Of a stretch of DNA of 59,587 nt, positions 1 through 12,105 are shown one piece after another. Both the position numbers and the translations under genes were made by a program. Under the pieces are notes generated by a model, which worked only from the letters and a program-made list of their open reading frames with translations, searched no databases and had not been told where the DNA came from. The DNA lies in contig NIVC01003623.1 of assembly GCA_002269645.1 (NCBI GenBank), forward strand, positions 1 to 59,587, in the 5' to 3' direction. Source of the stretch: Macrostomum lignano (lineage: Eukaryota). Every line of letters begins with the position of its first letter. Within the stretch, counting starts at the first letter, position 1.

Positions 1-515
1 TGATTCCCCAATTCCTCCCTCTGATTCCCCCAATTCCCTCCCTCTGATTCCCCTAATTCCCCTCCCTCTGATTCCCCTAATTCCCTCCCTCTGATTCCAT
101 CAATTCCCTCCCTCTGATTCCCCCAATTCCTCCCTCTGATTCCCAATTCCTCCCTCTGATATCCCCATTCCCTCCGCTCCTGATTCCCCAATTCTCTCCC
201 TCTGATGCCCCCAATTCCTCCTCTGATTCCCCTGATTCCCTCCCTCTGATTCCCCCGATTCCCTCCATCTGATTCCCCCGATTTCCTCAATCTGATTCCC
301 CCAACTCCCTCACTCTGATTCCCCGATTCCCTCGATCTGATTCCCTGACTCCCTCACTCTGATTCCCCGATTATCTCACTCTGATTCCCCCAATTCCCTC
401 CCCCCAGATTCCCACCATTCCTCCCTCTGAATCCCCGATTCCCTCCCTTTTGATTCCCAATTCCTTCCTCTGATCCCTATTCCCTCCCTATGATTCCCCA
501 GATTTCCTCCCCTGA
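1..515. repeat. Degenerate C-rich tandem repeat, unit about 22 bp (TGATTCCCCCAATTCCTCCCTC)
   Basis: Recurring ctgattcccc/aattccctcc motif from base 1 to about 515. Confidence 0.9.
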
Positions 516-977
516 ATTCCCCGATTCCCTCTTGGTAGCACCAGCTGCTCCCTCACTCCCCCTCGCAGCCTCGATCTCCCACCCCCTGTTTGCACTGCCA
601 GCTGCGTCACAGAACATTGGGCCATGGAAGGCTCCGATAAGACGTTCTGGAGTCGGGGTGACTCAAGGAAGATGGCAAACTGCCGAGCTTTGCAGCAACC
701 TGTAATCGGATTTTCGAATTTGTTCACATTGCAGCAAGCGCTTGCACTTTTGTCCAAATATTTGTGCATGCATACGCGCTAGGCAGCATGAGTTTGTGCA
801 GTTGAACTTCCTGTAGCCTACGATCCCTAGCAACTGCTTCAACTCGAACTGCGGTTCCAGCTCGGCAGGTGCTGCTCAGACACTCCGACTGACAGGGCCA
901 GTCATAAATAAATATTTTCATAAAGCATAGCGGTACTCCACAGCCGCTTTTCCTGCCATTGGCGGTGTCTAGATAGT

Positions 978-2646
978 AACCTGTCTAACAGTCGATTCCC
1001 TGTGTCTAACACTTGATTCCCTGTGTCTAACAGTTAATTCCCTGTGTCTAACACTTGATTCCCTGTGTCTAACAGTTGATTCCCTGTGTCTAACAGTCGA
1101 TTCCCTGTGTCTAACAGTTGATTCTGTGTGTCTAACACTTGATTCCCGGTGTCTAACAGTTGATTCCCTGTGTCTAACACTTGATTCCCGGTGTCTAACA
1201 GTTGATTCTCTGTGTCTAACACTTAATTCCCTGTGTCTAAAAGTCGATTCCCGGTGTCTAACAGTTGATTCCCTGTGTCTAACAGTTGATTCCCTGTGTC
1301 TATCAGTTGATTCTGTGTGTCTAACACTTGATTCCCTGTGTCTAACACTTGATTCCCTGTGTCTAACAGTTAACCCCCTGTCTAACACTTGATTCCCTTG
1401 TCTAACAGTCGATTCCCTGTGTCTAATAGTTGATTCCCGGTGTCTAACACTTGATTCCCGGTGTCTAACAGTTGATTCCCTGTGTCTAACAGTTGATTCC
1501 CTGTGTCTAACAGTTGATTCCCTGTGTCTAACAGTTGATTCCCTGTGTCTAACAGTTGATTCCCTGTGTCTAACAGTTGATTCCCTGTGTCTAACAGTTG
1601 ATTCCCTGTGTCTAACAGTCGATTCCTGTGTCTAACAGTTGATTCTGTGTGTCTAACAGTTGATTCCCTGTGTCTTACAGTTGATTCCCTGTGTCTAACA
1701 GTTGATTCCCTGTGTCTAACACTTGATTCCCTGTGTCTAACAGTTAACCCCCTGTCTAACACTTGATTCCCTGTGTCTAAAGTCGATTCCCGGTGTCTAA
1801 CAGTTGATTCCCTGTGTCTAACAGTTGATTCTGTGTGTCTAACAGTTGATTCCCTGTGTCTAACACTTGATTCCCTGTGTCTAACACTTGATTCCTGTGT
1901 CTAACAGTTAATTCCCTGTGTCTAACAGTTGATTCTGTGTGTCTAACACTTGATTCCCTGTGTCTAACAGTTGATTCCCTGTGTCTAACAGTTGATTCCC
2001 TGTGTCTAACAGTCGATTCCCTGTGTCTAACAGTTGATTCTCTGTGTCTAACAGTTGATTCCCTGTGTCTAACAGTTGATTCCCTGTGTCTAACAGTTGA
2101 TTCTGTGTGTCTAACAGTTGATTCTCTGTGTCTAACAGTCGATTCCCTGTGTCTAACAGTTGATTCTGTGTGTCTAACACTTGATTCCCTGTGTCTAACA
2201 CTTGATTCCCTGTGTCTAACACTTGATTCCCTGTGTCTAACAGTTGATTCCCTGTGTCTAACAGTTAACCCCCTGTCTAACACTTGATTCCCTGTGTCTA
2301 ACAGTTGATCCTGTGTCTAACACTTGATTCCCTGTGTCTAACAGTTGATTCTGTGTGTCTAACACTTGATTCCCTGTGTCTAACAGTTGATTCCCTGTGT
2401 CTAACAGTTAACCCCCTGTCTAACACTTGATTCCCTGTGTCTAACAGTTGATTGCCTGTGTCTAACAGTTGATTCCCTGTGTCTAACACTTGATTCCCTG
2501 TGTCTAACAGTTGATTCTGTGTGTCTAACAGTTGATTCCCTGTGTCTAACAGTTAACCCCCTGTCTAACACTTGATTCCCTGTGTCTAACACTTGATTCC
2601 CTGTGTCTAACAGTTGATTCCCTGTCTAACACTTGATTCCCTGTGT
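978..2646. repeat. 21-bp minisatellite (TGATTCCCTGTGTCTAACAGT), about 78 units
   Basis: Clear 21-bp period. A variant CAGTTAACCCCCTGTCTAAC recurs at about 1370, 1745, 2265, 2405 and 2550. The array explains the 7-aa periodic ORFs in the track. Confidence 0.97.
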
Positions 2647-3289
2647 AAAAGTTAATTCGCATGTTCAGTTGATCTCCTATGTAACAACATTTTATCCCAT
2701 TTCCAAGCGATTTCGAATTTTGTAAACAAATCTGATCCTTTTTGATTTTGCTGTTTCTTAGAAATCGGACACTGGGCGCAGGCTTGATGGGCAAACATCA
2801 TTAGTGCTTCTCTCCCGTTTGTGTCATGCAGTGGCGGATCTAGGATTCCTTTCGGTGGGGACGGACAGGCAGACAAAGGCGCACTACTGCTAGAGGGGCG
2901 CCATATGCACCTAGCACCTTAGTCCTTAGCTATATTCTTCTCAATGTCCTTGTGATAATTATTGACATGCGAAGCAATATAAATTAAATGGCTAATTGAC
3001 TTTACACAAAATGTAAATTTCTTGCTGTGTGGTAGTTTAAGTTTGTCATTTAGCTGCAATGAAAGTAGCCCTAAGGCCTAGGCGTGTAGCAAATCGGAAA
3101 AATGATTAAATAGCTAAGTCTCAAGTGATGTGTTTAGCACTACTTGAATGTCAGCCAGAAAGACATATTGTCATATTGACTATAAAATGTGAATAGTTAG
3201 CTTTATTAAAAGGTGCAATTGCGCGCAATGCAAGCTTTATTGACCAGTTGTTAACTTAGCTAGCTTTATAAAAAATTCACGCGCAGCTC

Positions 3290-4168
3290 GTAGTGATAGC
3301 TAGTTGTGATAGCTAGCAAGTGATAGCTAGTTGTGATAGCTAGCAAGTGATAGCTAGTTGTGATAGTAGCAAGTGATAGCTAGTTGTGATAGCTAGCAAG
3401 TGATAGCTAGTTGTGATAGCTAGCAAGTGATGGCTAGTTGTGATAGCTAGCAAGTGATAGCTAGTTGTGATAGCTAGCAAGTGATAGCTAGTTGTGATAG
3501 CTAGCAAGTGATAGCTAGTTGTGATAGCTAGCAAGTGATAGCTAGTTGTGATAGCTAGCAAGTGATAGCTAGTTGTGATAGCTAGCAAGTGATAGCTAGT
3601 TGTGATAGCTAGCAAGTGATGGCTAGTTGTGATAGCTAGCAAGTGATAGCTAGTTGTGATAGCTAGCAAGTGATAGCTAGTTGTGATAGCTAGCAAGTGA
3701 TAGCTAGTTGTGATAGCTAGCAAGTGATAGCTAGTTGTGATAGCTAGCAAGTGATAGCTAGTTGTGATAGCTAGCAAGTGATAGCTAGTTGTGATAGCTA
3801 GCAAGTGATAGCTAGTTGTGATAGCTAGCAAGTGATAGCTAGTTGTGATAGCTAGCAAGTGATAGCTAGTTGTGATAGCTAGCAAGTGATGGCTAGTTGT
3901 GATAGCTAGCAAGTGATAGCTAGTTGTGATAGCTAGCAAGTGATAGCTAGTTGTGATAGCTAGCAAGTGATAGCTAGTTGTGATAGCTAGCAAGTGATAG
4001 CTAGTTGTGATAGCTAGCAAGTGATAGCTAGTTGTGATAGCTAGCAAGTGATAGCTAGCAAGTGATAGCTAGTTGTGATAGCTAGTTGTGGTAGCTAGCA
4101 AGTGATAGCTAGTTGTAATAGCTAGCAAGTGATAGCTAGTTGTGATAGCTAGCAAGTGATAGCTAGCA
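3290..4168. repeat. 27-bp minisatellite (GTGATAGCTAGTTGTGATAGCTAGCAA), about 32 units
   Basis: Near-perfect 27-bp period made of 13/14-bp half-units, starting about 30 bp downstream of the transposase stop. Confidence 0.97.
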
Positions 4169-4200
4169 AAAAGACGGATGCTTGCAGAAAGGGTGAAAAT

Positions 4201-7119
4201 TCAAATAACAAAGTCTTTACGGCGTGAGCACTTCTGCAAAATCGATCAATCACCTGATCCGCAGTCACTGCAACCTCAGGGTGGGTGTGCAACAGAGCCA
4301 GGCTGACAAGTCTGTCCTGCTGCATGGTAGAACGCAAATACGACTTGAAGCGTCGCAAACTAGAAAAAGATCTTTCAACAGTTGCAGTTGAGACAGGTAA
4401 AGTTGCAGCAATCTTCAGCAGTGCGAAAATGTTAGGGAAAAATGCAGCATTGCAGTTAGCCAGCGCCTCAATCGCAGTGTCGGCTGCAGCCACAGATTTT
4501 GACCTTTCCCAAATACTTTTCCAGCAGGCAAACTCGCCCTAACAACTGCATGGGTGTCTAAAAAGCTGCTGAACTGCGACAGTCTGTCAAAGGCTCGAAG
4601 TCTTTGACATCGTATAAATGGACGTACTTTGGAAGCAAACATGTTAAGTGGAGAAAAGCATCATGCTGGGCCTGGTCCCCAAAGCGCTGCTGGAACTGAG
4701 ACAGAATGTGCTGTAGGAATGGCTCGTACACATCAGCACGGAAGTGTTCCTCCGGCGTGTCTTCGCTAGCACCACGCCCCTGCTGACAGCCTCTACGACG
4801 AGGGATGCACAGCTCTACGTCCGCTTCAGCTGCAGCTTCGGATGCTGACGACCAGATGCTTTTGAAGGCAGTGCTGGCTTCTGCCTGCATCTTTTCCAGC
4901 GTGACACGCACGTTCTCGATGTGCTTGCTTGCTGTAAACAAATCGATACTAACTTTCTGAAGGAAGCTGGACAGAGGCCGGATTACTGCCTCGCCCATCA
5001 TATGCAGCGCCACGATGAAGTTCGGCATTGTGCAGGCGGCCTTCAGCATCTGCGCCTTGGCAGCAGTTCTTGGATCGCGATCGGAGGCGGATTCGCAGAA
5101 ATCAAGAAATTCCACAATTGATGCGAAAAGCTGCGAAAACACGAGCACGGCGTCATTCCGCTCGACCCAGCGAGTATCGCAGAGGGTTAGCAGTTTCCGC
5201 CGACGGCTTCTGCACGAGCCACTTGCTGTACATGTAACTCTTTGAAAGAGCTCAAGCCGCTTTGCCGATGAATTGACGAAGTTTGTTACTTCTCCTATAA
5301 CTCCCATTGCGTTACGAATTGGGGGCAGTTTGCAGGCATGAACGAGTGCAAGGTTTAGGCAGTGACTGGAGCAGTGAATGTTAGTACGCTGCTGGACACT
5401 TCTGCCGAAGATGTGCCTGAACTCCATTGAACTCACCCCGCATTGCAGCGGCTCCATCGTAGCCTTGACCTACGAGTAGGTGGTAGTTGATGCCCAACTT
5501 CTCGAGAAAACTGAACAATGCAGCGGCGAGTGCTGAGCCGGACTGATCGGTCACATGAGCAAATCCGAGAAAATCTTCCCTGAGAGTGCAGTCAGCATCG
5601 ACGTACCGAGCATGCAGCAACTGACATCTGCTTCTTTTTCGAGTTGTCACACGTCTCATCCATGAGGACAGAAAAACATTTTGCTGCATTGACTTTGGTG
5701 GCCAGAGTTTCCTGAATCACGCAACCAGCGGCTTCGAGGAGCTCCTTTTGAATTGTCTTGCTGATGTACGTTGCATTTGCTGCTGAATTCTTGAGATGCT
5801 TCTCCAACGCTTCGTCACCAGCATCAACACGAAACTGCAGTAAAGCGCGAAAGTTGCCGCTGCCTGAAACCATCGAATTGTCGTCACTCGTGTCAGAGTT
5901 GCCACTTGAAAGCGGGCCATCGTCGCGGTGACCGCGAAGTGGAATGTTTTGTCTTCCACAGAGCAACAGCGTCTTCACAATTGGCCGCAGTCGATTTCGA
6001 TTCTCTGCTGCCTGTCGTTGCCGCGCTTCGTCCAGCTGCTTCACCACATCGATGCGAGCTGCTGCTTGCTGCTTGAAGGTGGCCGCGCGTGCCATAGCAT
6101 CTTGGTGATACGCTGTTGCTGCATGGGAGGTGACAGCCGTTTGCACCAAACAGACGGTCGTACCTACTCAAGGGCTTTGACACTAGGAAGCCGAGCTGCT
6201 GGTTGCGTACATCCCCAGACGCTGGCCCAAAAAGCGCACAGAACCGACAGAAAAGCCCAGATCGAGCTTCTGAGAAGGCTAGAAAGCTGTGCTTCTGCAG
6301 GTGCTCATGTCTTAGATAGCGCTTTTCAGGTTTGCCCTTTACAATGCGCGTAGAGTAAGGCATTGAGTAGTTGGCTGACGGCGACCAGGCAGAGTCAAGC
6401 AGCTTAAGACGAATGTGGTCATTCAGGTGTTCACTCAGAGGGCCACCAGCAACGTGCAAACCCAAGTCGATCATGCAGATTCCCCTGCCAGTATCAGCAG
6501 TAGAAGCATGGGCTCTGGCAGCAGGGGCGCCGGATTCAGCAGCAGCAGGGGCGCCGGATTCAACAGCAGCAGGGGCGCCGGATTCAACAGCAGCAGGGGC
6601 GCCGGATTCAACAGCAGCAGGGGCGCCGGATTCAACAGCAGCAGGGGCGCCGGATTCAACAGCAGCAGGGGCGCCGGATTCAACAGCAGCAGGGGCGCCG
6701 GATTCAACAGCAGCAGGGGCGCCGGATTCAACAGCAGCAGGGGCGCCGGATTCAGCAGCAGCAGGGGCGCTGGATTCAACAGCAGCAGGGGCGCCGGATT
6801 CAGCAGCAGCAGGGGCGCCGGATTCAACAGCAGCAGGGGCGCTGGATTCAACAGCAGCAGGGGCGCCGGATTCAACAGCAGCAGGGGCGCCGGATTCAAC
6901 AGCAGCAGGGGCGCCGGATTCAACAGCAGCAGGGGCGCTGGATTCAACAGCAGCAGGGGCGCCGGATTCAACAGCAGCAGGGGCGCCAGATTTAGCAGCA
7001 GGATGCCCAGAAGTTTTGCTCAGGAAAGTGCTAATTCCTACTGTGCTTCTGGCGCTTTCCTCGAGAAGACGAAGCTTTTTCTTGCGTCTGTTTTCAGCCC
7101 CGGAGGCTCTACGTTTCAT
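4201..7119 (-). pseudogene. hAT transposase (ZMYM1/THAP12-like; DUF4371 plus hAT dimerisation domain), frameshifted in this sequence
   Basis: Six overlapping minus-strand ORFs join into about 970 codons. Motifs: NLS-like MKRRASGAENRRKKK, zinc-finger-like FCRFC...H, LLLCGRQNIPLRGHRD, FSVLMDET (D1), GQGYDGAAAM (D2), HCSSHCLNL (CxxH), CDTRW, TVERSFSSLRR (E), and RRKDFVI-stop at 4203-4201. Frameshifts at about 6140, 5620, 5382, 4585, 4538 and 4226. Confidence 0.9.
6519..6998 (-). repeat. 24-bp in-frame coding repeat (SGAPAAVE x about 20) in the transposase N-terminus
   Basis: Plus-strand unit AACAGCAGCAGGGGCGCCGGATTC; 8-aa period in ORF 5893..7119. Confidence 0.97.
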
Positions 7120-7511
7120 CGCAACGGAGATTTGAATGCTTATTGCAATATTTGAGGAACTTGGAAATCAGCAGAGATGAAACATTTTTTAAATAGTTTA
7201 ATTCCTTTTAAGCTTGGGTGTTCCCAGGCTGGGGTGGGCGCTGAAGTCGGCCACTCGCTAAACCCCTACGTTAGCACCTCCTCCGTAAGCACCCCCTACA
7301 TTAGCACCTCCTACATTAGCACCCCTCCATCAGCACCCCAACTATTAGCATCCTCTCCATTTACATCCTTGTCCATACCCTCTATCCCACCTTGCATTCA
7401 CACCACCTGCACCCACCCTACTTGCACCCACACCATGCACCCATTTCACCGCACATCCCATGCAGTTCCTTATAACTCAGACTCAGCCATCACCATCGCC
7501 ACTCAACACAG

Positions 7512-9255
7512 GTGGTGAAGATGCTATTCGTAGTCGTGGTGATGTTCGCCATCCTGTGGCTGCCCTACCGCCTGATGGTGGCCTACAACAGCTTTGTACC
7601 GCCGCAGTATCGCATCGTCTCCGAGTGGTACCGCGTGATCAGCCGCCTTCTGGTCCTCGTCAACTCCGCCATCAACCCAGTCATCTACAACGCCATGTCG
7701 GTGAAATTCCGGCGTGAATTCCGCAGCCTTCTGTATTGGATTCGTAAGTTTGTACTGCCTTTGCGGCGGAAACTTGATTAGACTGAAGGTTGGATGGTTG
7801 CAGGTGGTGTGAGTGCTGGCGGCGTGGGTGCATGTGGTGTGCGTGCTGGCGGTGTGGGTGCAGGCGGTGTGGGTGCAGGCGGTGTGGGTGCTGGCGGTGT
7901 GGGTGCAGGCGGTGTGGGTGCAGGCGGTGTGGGTGCAGGTGGTGTGGGTGCAGGCGGTGTGGGTGCAGGTGGTGTGGGTGCAGGTGGTGTGGGTGCAGGT
8001 GGTGTGGGTGCAGGTGGTGTGGGTGCAGGTGGTGTGGGTGCAGGCGGTGTGGGTGCAGGTGGTGTGGGTGCAGGTGGTGTGGGTGCAGGCGGTGTGGGTG
8101 CAGGTGGCATTTGAGGGAACAGTGGATGTAGCGTATGTCTCGCACAGTAATATAATTGCGTCTCAGTTTTACACTGCACCAGTCAAGTATCATCTCACAC
8201 TGCGATACTCTGATAGCCAAGCCTCTTTATGAAGAACTTAGTGCCATTCTATTCACTATATTGTGTACCAAAACAAGGCGCCGAAGGTCAACTAAGAATA
8301 GTTTCCACTGTATCAGGGGGCTTAGGAAAAGTCGGATGTTAATTAAATCCTCTCAATGCAATTTCCGAGCACGTTAATGACCAGGAAGTGTCATTCTGGG
8401 TTCGCTGCAGTTTTTGCTGAATTCAGAACCTGAGGGAGTGTAGAGGTCAATTCCAATTCATCCATTCATCCATTTTATCACTTTAATCAAATAATCAATT
8501 CATTAGTTCATCATTTCATCAATTCATCAATTCACCAATTCATTAATTCATCAATTTATCAATTCACGAATTCACCAATTGATCAATTCACCAATTCATC
8601 AATTTATCAATTCACCAATTCATCTATTTCATTAGTTCACAAATTCATCAATTTATCAATTCACCAATTCATCATTTCATCAATTCATTAATTCACCGAT
8701 TCATCAATTGATCAATTCACCAATTCATCATTTCATCAATTCATCAATTCACCAATTCATCATTTCATCAATTCATCAATTCACCAATTCATCAATTTAT
8801 CAATTCATCAATTCACCAATTCACCTATTCATCATTTCATCAATTCACCAATTCACCAATTCATCAATTCACCAATTCATCATTTCATCAATTCATCAAT
8901 TCACCAATTCATCAATTTATCAATTCATCAATTCACCAATTCACCTATTCATCATTTCATCAATTCACCAATTCACCAATTCATCAATTCACCAATTCAT
9001 CAATTCACCAATTCACCAAATCATCAATTCACCAATTCACCAATTCATCAATTCATCAATTCATCAATTCCAGTTCACCGGCCAGGCAACGCGGGCGACA
9101 GGCGCGCACCGGTCGGAGGCCTGGCCGGGGCCGGGCGCGCTGCCACCTTGAAATTCGCCAGCGTCACCAGCGGCCGCCCGGCGAGGTCCCCGATGGAACA
9201 GAAGCAGCAGCAGCCCCAACGCGTCACAGCCAGCAGACCGGACTCACTGGTCTGA
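7512..9255 (+). CDS. TRHR: Class A GPCR, thyrotropin-releasing hormone receptor-like; 3' exons only, join(7512..7743,9074..9255)
   Basis: Exon 7512-7743 (cacAG acceptor, GTAAGT donor at 7744) encodes TM6-TM7: VVKMLFVVVVMFAILWLPYRLMVAYNSF...LVNSAINPVIYNAMSVKFRREF. This closely parallels vertebrate TRHR (KMLAVVVILFALLWMPYR...NSAINPVIYNLMSQKFR). A phase-1 join to ttccAG at 9073 gives an open C-tail ending in TGA at 9253-9255. Exons for TM1-5 were not seen in the window. Confidence 0.8.
7795..8107. repeat. 15-bp minisatellite (GGTGTGGGTGCAGGC), about 20 units, in the GPCR intron
   Basis: 15-bp period; source of the spurious PAPTP/GAGGV ORFs. Confidence 0.97.
8455..9070. repeat. 8-bp degenerate repeat (TTCATCAA/TTCACCAA)
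   Basis: Runs directly into the acceptor AG at 9072-9073. Confidence 0.93.
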
Positions 9256-9389
9256 TCGCGGTTACTAGGAGATGCAAGTCAACTCAGTCAAGCAACGATT
9301 CCACAATATTTTTAAAACTGCAAGCCGCACCCTCCTCAAGAGAGAAAGTGTGGTGGATGCGTTTTGGAAGTGTTGGAAACTTTCGAATT

Positions 9390-9835
9390 CCCAATCCTAG
9401 AAATTCCCATTTCCTGAATTCCCAATCCCAGAAATCCCTAATCCCCTTTAATTCCTTGTCCCTCTATTTTCTAATTCCCAGATTCCCCATTCCCATTATT
9501 CCTTATTCTCAGAACTCCCCATTCCCAGAACTCCCCATTCCCAGAACTTCCCATTCCCAGGATTTCCCTCTTCCAGAATTCCCCATTCCCATAATTTCCC
9601 ATTAACTGACATCGCCATTTCCAGAATCCCCCATTCCCAGAATCCCCCATTCCCAGAATTCCCCATTCCCAGAATTTCCCTTCCCCAGAATTTCCTACTC
9701 CCAGAATTCCCCATTCCCAGAATCTCCCATTCCCAGAATTCCCCATTAACTGAAATCCCCATTTCCAGAATTTCCATTTCCCAAAACAGCATTTCCTGCA
9801 ACCCCCAATTCTTGAAATCCCATTTCCCAGATCCC
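9390..9835. repeat. Degenerate C-rich repeat, unit about 19 bp (AGAATTCCCCATTCCC-like)
   Basis: Recurring attccc/cagaa motifs. Confidence 0.85.
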
Positions 9836-10504
9836 TGTCTATTCTCGAACGTTTCTCCTTTCTCGAACTGCAAACTTCCTCAAACTATTGTTGTGATGCA
9901 GACCCAGAAACACCTGTTATTTTGTCCCATACAGAATTGTCAAAAGATTGTCTGGAACTGAATGAGAAAAGCCGGTCTAACTGACGGCGCAAACCATTTT
10001 GATTGCTATTCCGTGTTCCACTTAAAATGCTTCATTTCACTTCAATGTCCTGTGCCCAACCTATTCGATATCTTAGCACATGTAGTTTAGCAACTAACTA
10101 ATTAGTTTCTGCATCGAAAGTTTGAATATAGTAACTTGTTATTGTCCTCTTGCACATTCTGGAGTAACAGAATAAGTTTAAAACAACTTATATTTATTTG
10201 TGAAACAAACAGTGTCTGTCTATAATTGTCAGGAAAATTTTTACTAAGTAAACTGTTTATGAACTAAATGTGCTTATCTATTATAAATGTTGTTATATTC
10301 CGTAATTCCATTCCGTGCAATACTGTTATAGATGCATTATATTATAATATATACATCTTCATGACAATTTATCATGGCAATTCGGCATCATTTTATTACT
10401 TAGTTGTGGAGTTTCCAATGGTTTTTAATTATAAAAATAATCCCTTATTTGACTGTATTCAGATGGGAACTATCTATGGCCAGTCTTGGAAGTGTTGGAA
10501 ATGG

Positions 10505-10945
10505 CCCAGGAGTTGGCACTTGGGAACTGTCTATGGCCCAGCAATCAGCACATGGGAACTGTCTATGGCCCAGCAATCAGCACATGGGAACTGTCTATGG
10601 CCCAGCAGTCAGCACTTGGGAACTGTCTATGGCCCAGCAATCAGCACATGGGAACTGTCTATGGCCCAGCAGTCAGCACTTGGGAACTGTCTATGGCCCA
10701 GCAATCAGCACATGGGAACTGTCTATGGCCCAGCAGTCAGCACTTGGGAACTGTCTATGGCCCAGCAATCAGCACATGGGAACTGTCTATGGCCCAGCAG
10801 TCAGCACCTGGGAACTTTCTATGGCCCAGCAATCAGCACCTGGGAACTGTCTATGGCCAAGCAATCAGCATATGGCAACTGTCTATGGCCCAGCAGTCAG
10901 CACCTGGGAACTGTCTATGGCCAAACAGTCAGCACATGGGAATTG
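10505..10945. repeat. 32-bp minisatellite (TGGGAACTGTCTATGGCCCAGCAATCAGCACA), about 13 units
   Basis: Clear 32-bp period. Confidence 0.96.
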
Positions 10946-11679
10946 TCTGTGGCCCAGCCGTAGGCGCAAACGCTACTGCTAATCAAACACTGTTCAGTGC
11001 AGGTTCCAGGTGTTGGAACAACTAGAAGCAAAATGCAAACACGGAGATGAGGGTGAGAAATATTGTATTTCCCGGAAAGGCGCTGCTGCACGCAATTCGT
11101 CAGCTGCCAGTGGCGTCATCAAACGGATCTCCTTATCAACAACTTCCATTGTATCGAAGGTGAATCTGTATTTTTACAATAAACTTGTTACGTTGATTTT
11201 TGTTAACCTGAGAAATCTGATCTGCATATCTCTCAATGTACAGTTTTGCGTCACGGATAGAACTTTGTAGACTACTTTTGCTTCGTTATTGGTACTAGAA
11301 GTAGGTGCAGTTTTTTTGTTTTGCAACAAGAAAGAAGTGAATTAACTGTCAGCTTGTTATTGACAGAATTTTATTGAATTTAATTCGAGACAAAACTGTC
11401 TGTGCTGCTGCATTTTTAATCTCCTATCGCCCCTGGGAATTTCTTTGAAGATCTTTGAAGAATATTTTGCGATGTGAACCGGAGCATTGGTTTGTTTTTA
11501 AAAAAGAATTTTCGAGTCAAAGCTCCGGTCAGGAACAAAGGAGCGTCTGGAAATTTTTCATAGGTTTTTGTTTTTGCATTTTCCCTGCAAATCAATTCAT
11601 GGGCGGTTCCCTCCTATGAGGGCCAGCCCCCCCCCCAAGGTACAGAGAGTGTACACGACTGATGAAAAGAAAGCCTGGG

Positions 11680-11872
11680 CTGCTGTACACCCAGTGTGAG
11701 CAGTGTGTATAGTGTACAGGAGCTGTGTACAGCGGCCCTGACTTTATTTTTCGTTAGGCATGTACACTTCACTGTGCCTTGGAGGTTGGCCCTCAAGCGC
11801 GTTAATTGCACGAGAAGAGAGCCAAGATTTAGCCCCAAATTAATGCGACTGCACTTAGAATCGAGCCTGGGC
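11680..11872 (+). repeat. Dispersed repeat family (GTACAGCGGCCCT...GGCATGTACAC...CCCCAAATTAATG)
   Basis: Aligns by eye with 38900-39058 over about 150 bp, with 14745-14830 over about 60 bp, and weakly in reverse with 59335-59390. Class unknown. Confidence 0.75.
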
Positions 11873-11896
11873 CCGTCAGAGCGCCGCGCCAGACCA

Positions 11897-11954
11897 CTGG
11901 ACCTGCCCTGCTCGCCCATGTGCGACAGAACCGTCATCATGGTGGCCAAGTCGC
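11897..11954 (+). pseudogene. Inverted 58-bp duplicate of the PDE1 exon at 14905-14986
   Basis: 55/58 identical to the reverse complement of 14911-14968; reads LDLPCSPMCDRTVIMVAKS versus LDLPCSPLCDRTVTMVAQS. Confidence 0.9.
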
Positions 11955-12105
11955 GCCAACCCCCTCACCCAATCATCCAGGGTCGCCAACCCCCTCACCC
12001 AATCATCCAGGGTCGCCAAACCCCTCATCCAATCATCCAGGGTCGCCAAACCCCTCACCCAATCATCAAGGGTCGCCAACCCCTCACCCAATCATCCAGG
12101 GTCGC
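11955..12105. repeat. 30-bp tandem repeat, about 5 units (GGTCGCCAACCCCCTCACCCAATCATCCAG)
   Basis: Starts exactly where the duplicated exon fragment ends. Confidence 0.9.

Larger units (their letters stand above)
2829..7135 (-). mobile_element. hAT-superfamily DNA transposon (extent tentative)
   Basis: Contains the transposase at 4201-7119. CAGTGGCGGATCTAGG at 2829 resembles a hAT terminus and minus-strand AATAAA signals lie at about 3202 and 3237. No convincing partner TIR or TSD was found, so the boundaries are inferred. Confidence 0.55.

Noticed and set aside
520-960. Non-repetitive island as a possible upstream GPCR exon
   Set aside because: No frame gives transmembrane or class A GPCR motifs.
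969-4047. Long periodic ORFs (TVRHRES, LAITTSYHL) and similar ones across the window (GAGGV, CVNSYI, SVCL, LGDWE, GLSAG, APATEG)
   Set aside because: They are translations of tandem repeats that lack stops, usually open in several frames, and they lie in introns or intergenic DNA with no splice or domain support.
7238-7256. Possible right TIR of the hAT element (CTGAAGTCGGCCACTC)
   Set aside because: Only 10/16 match to the 2829 terminus, and the flanking 8-mer GTGTCATG is not duplicated.
11641-11695. Hammerhead-like core CTGATGA-AAA-GAAA followed by a short AGCC/GGCT stem
   Set aside because: There is no stem II, the cleavage triplet would end in G (not NUH), and stem I does not pair next to the core. 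An Infernal hammerhead search would settle it.
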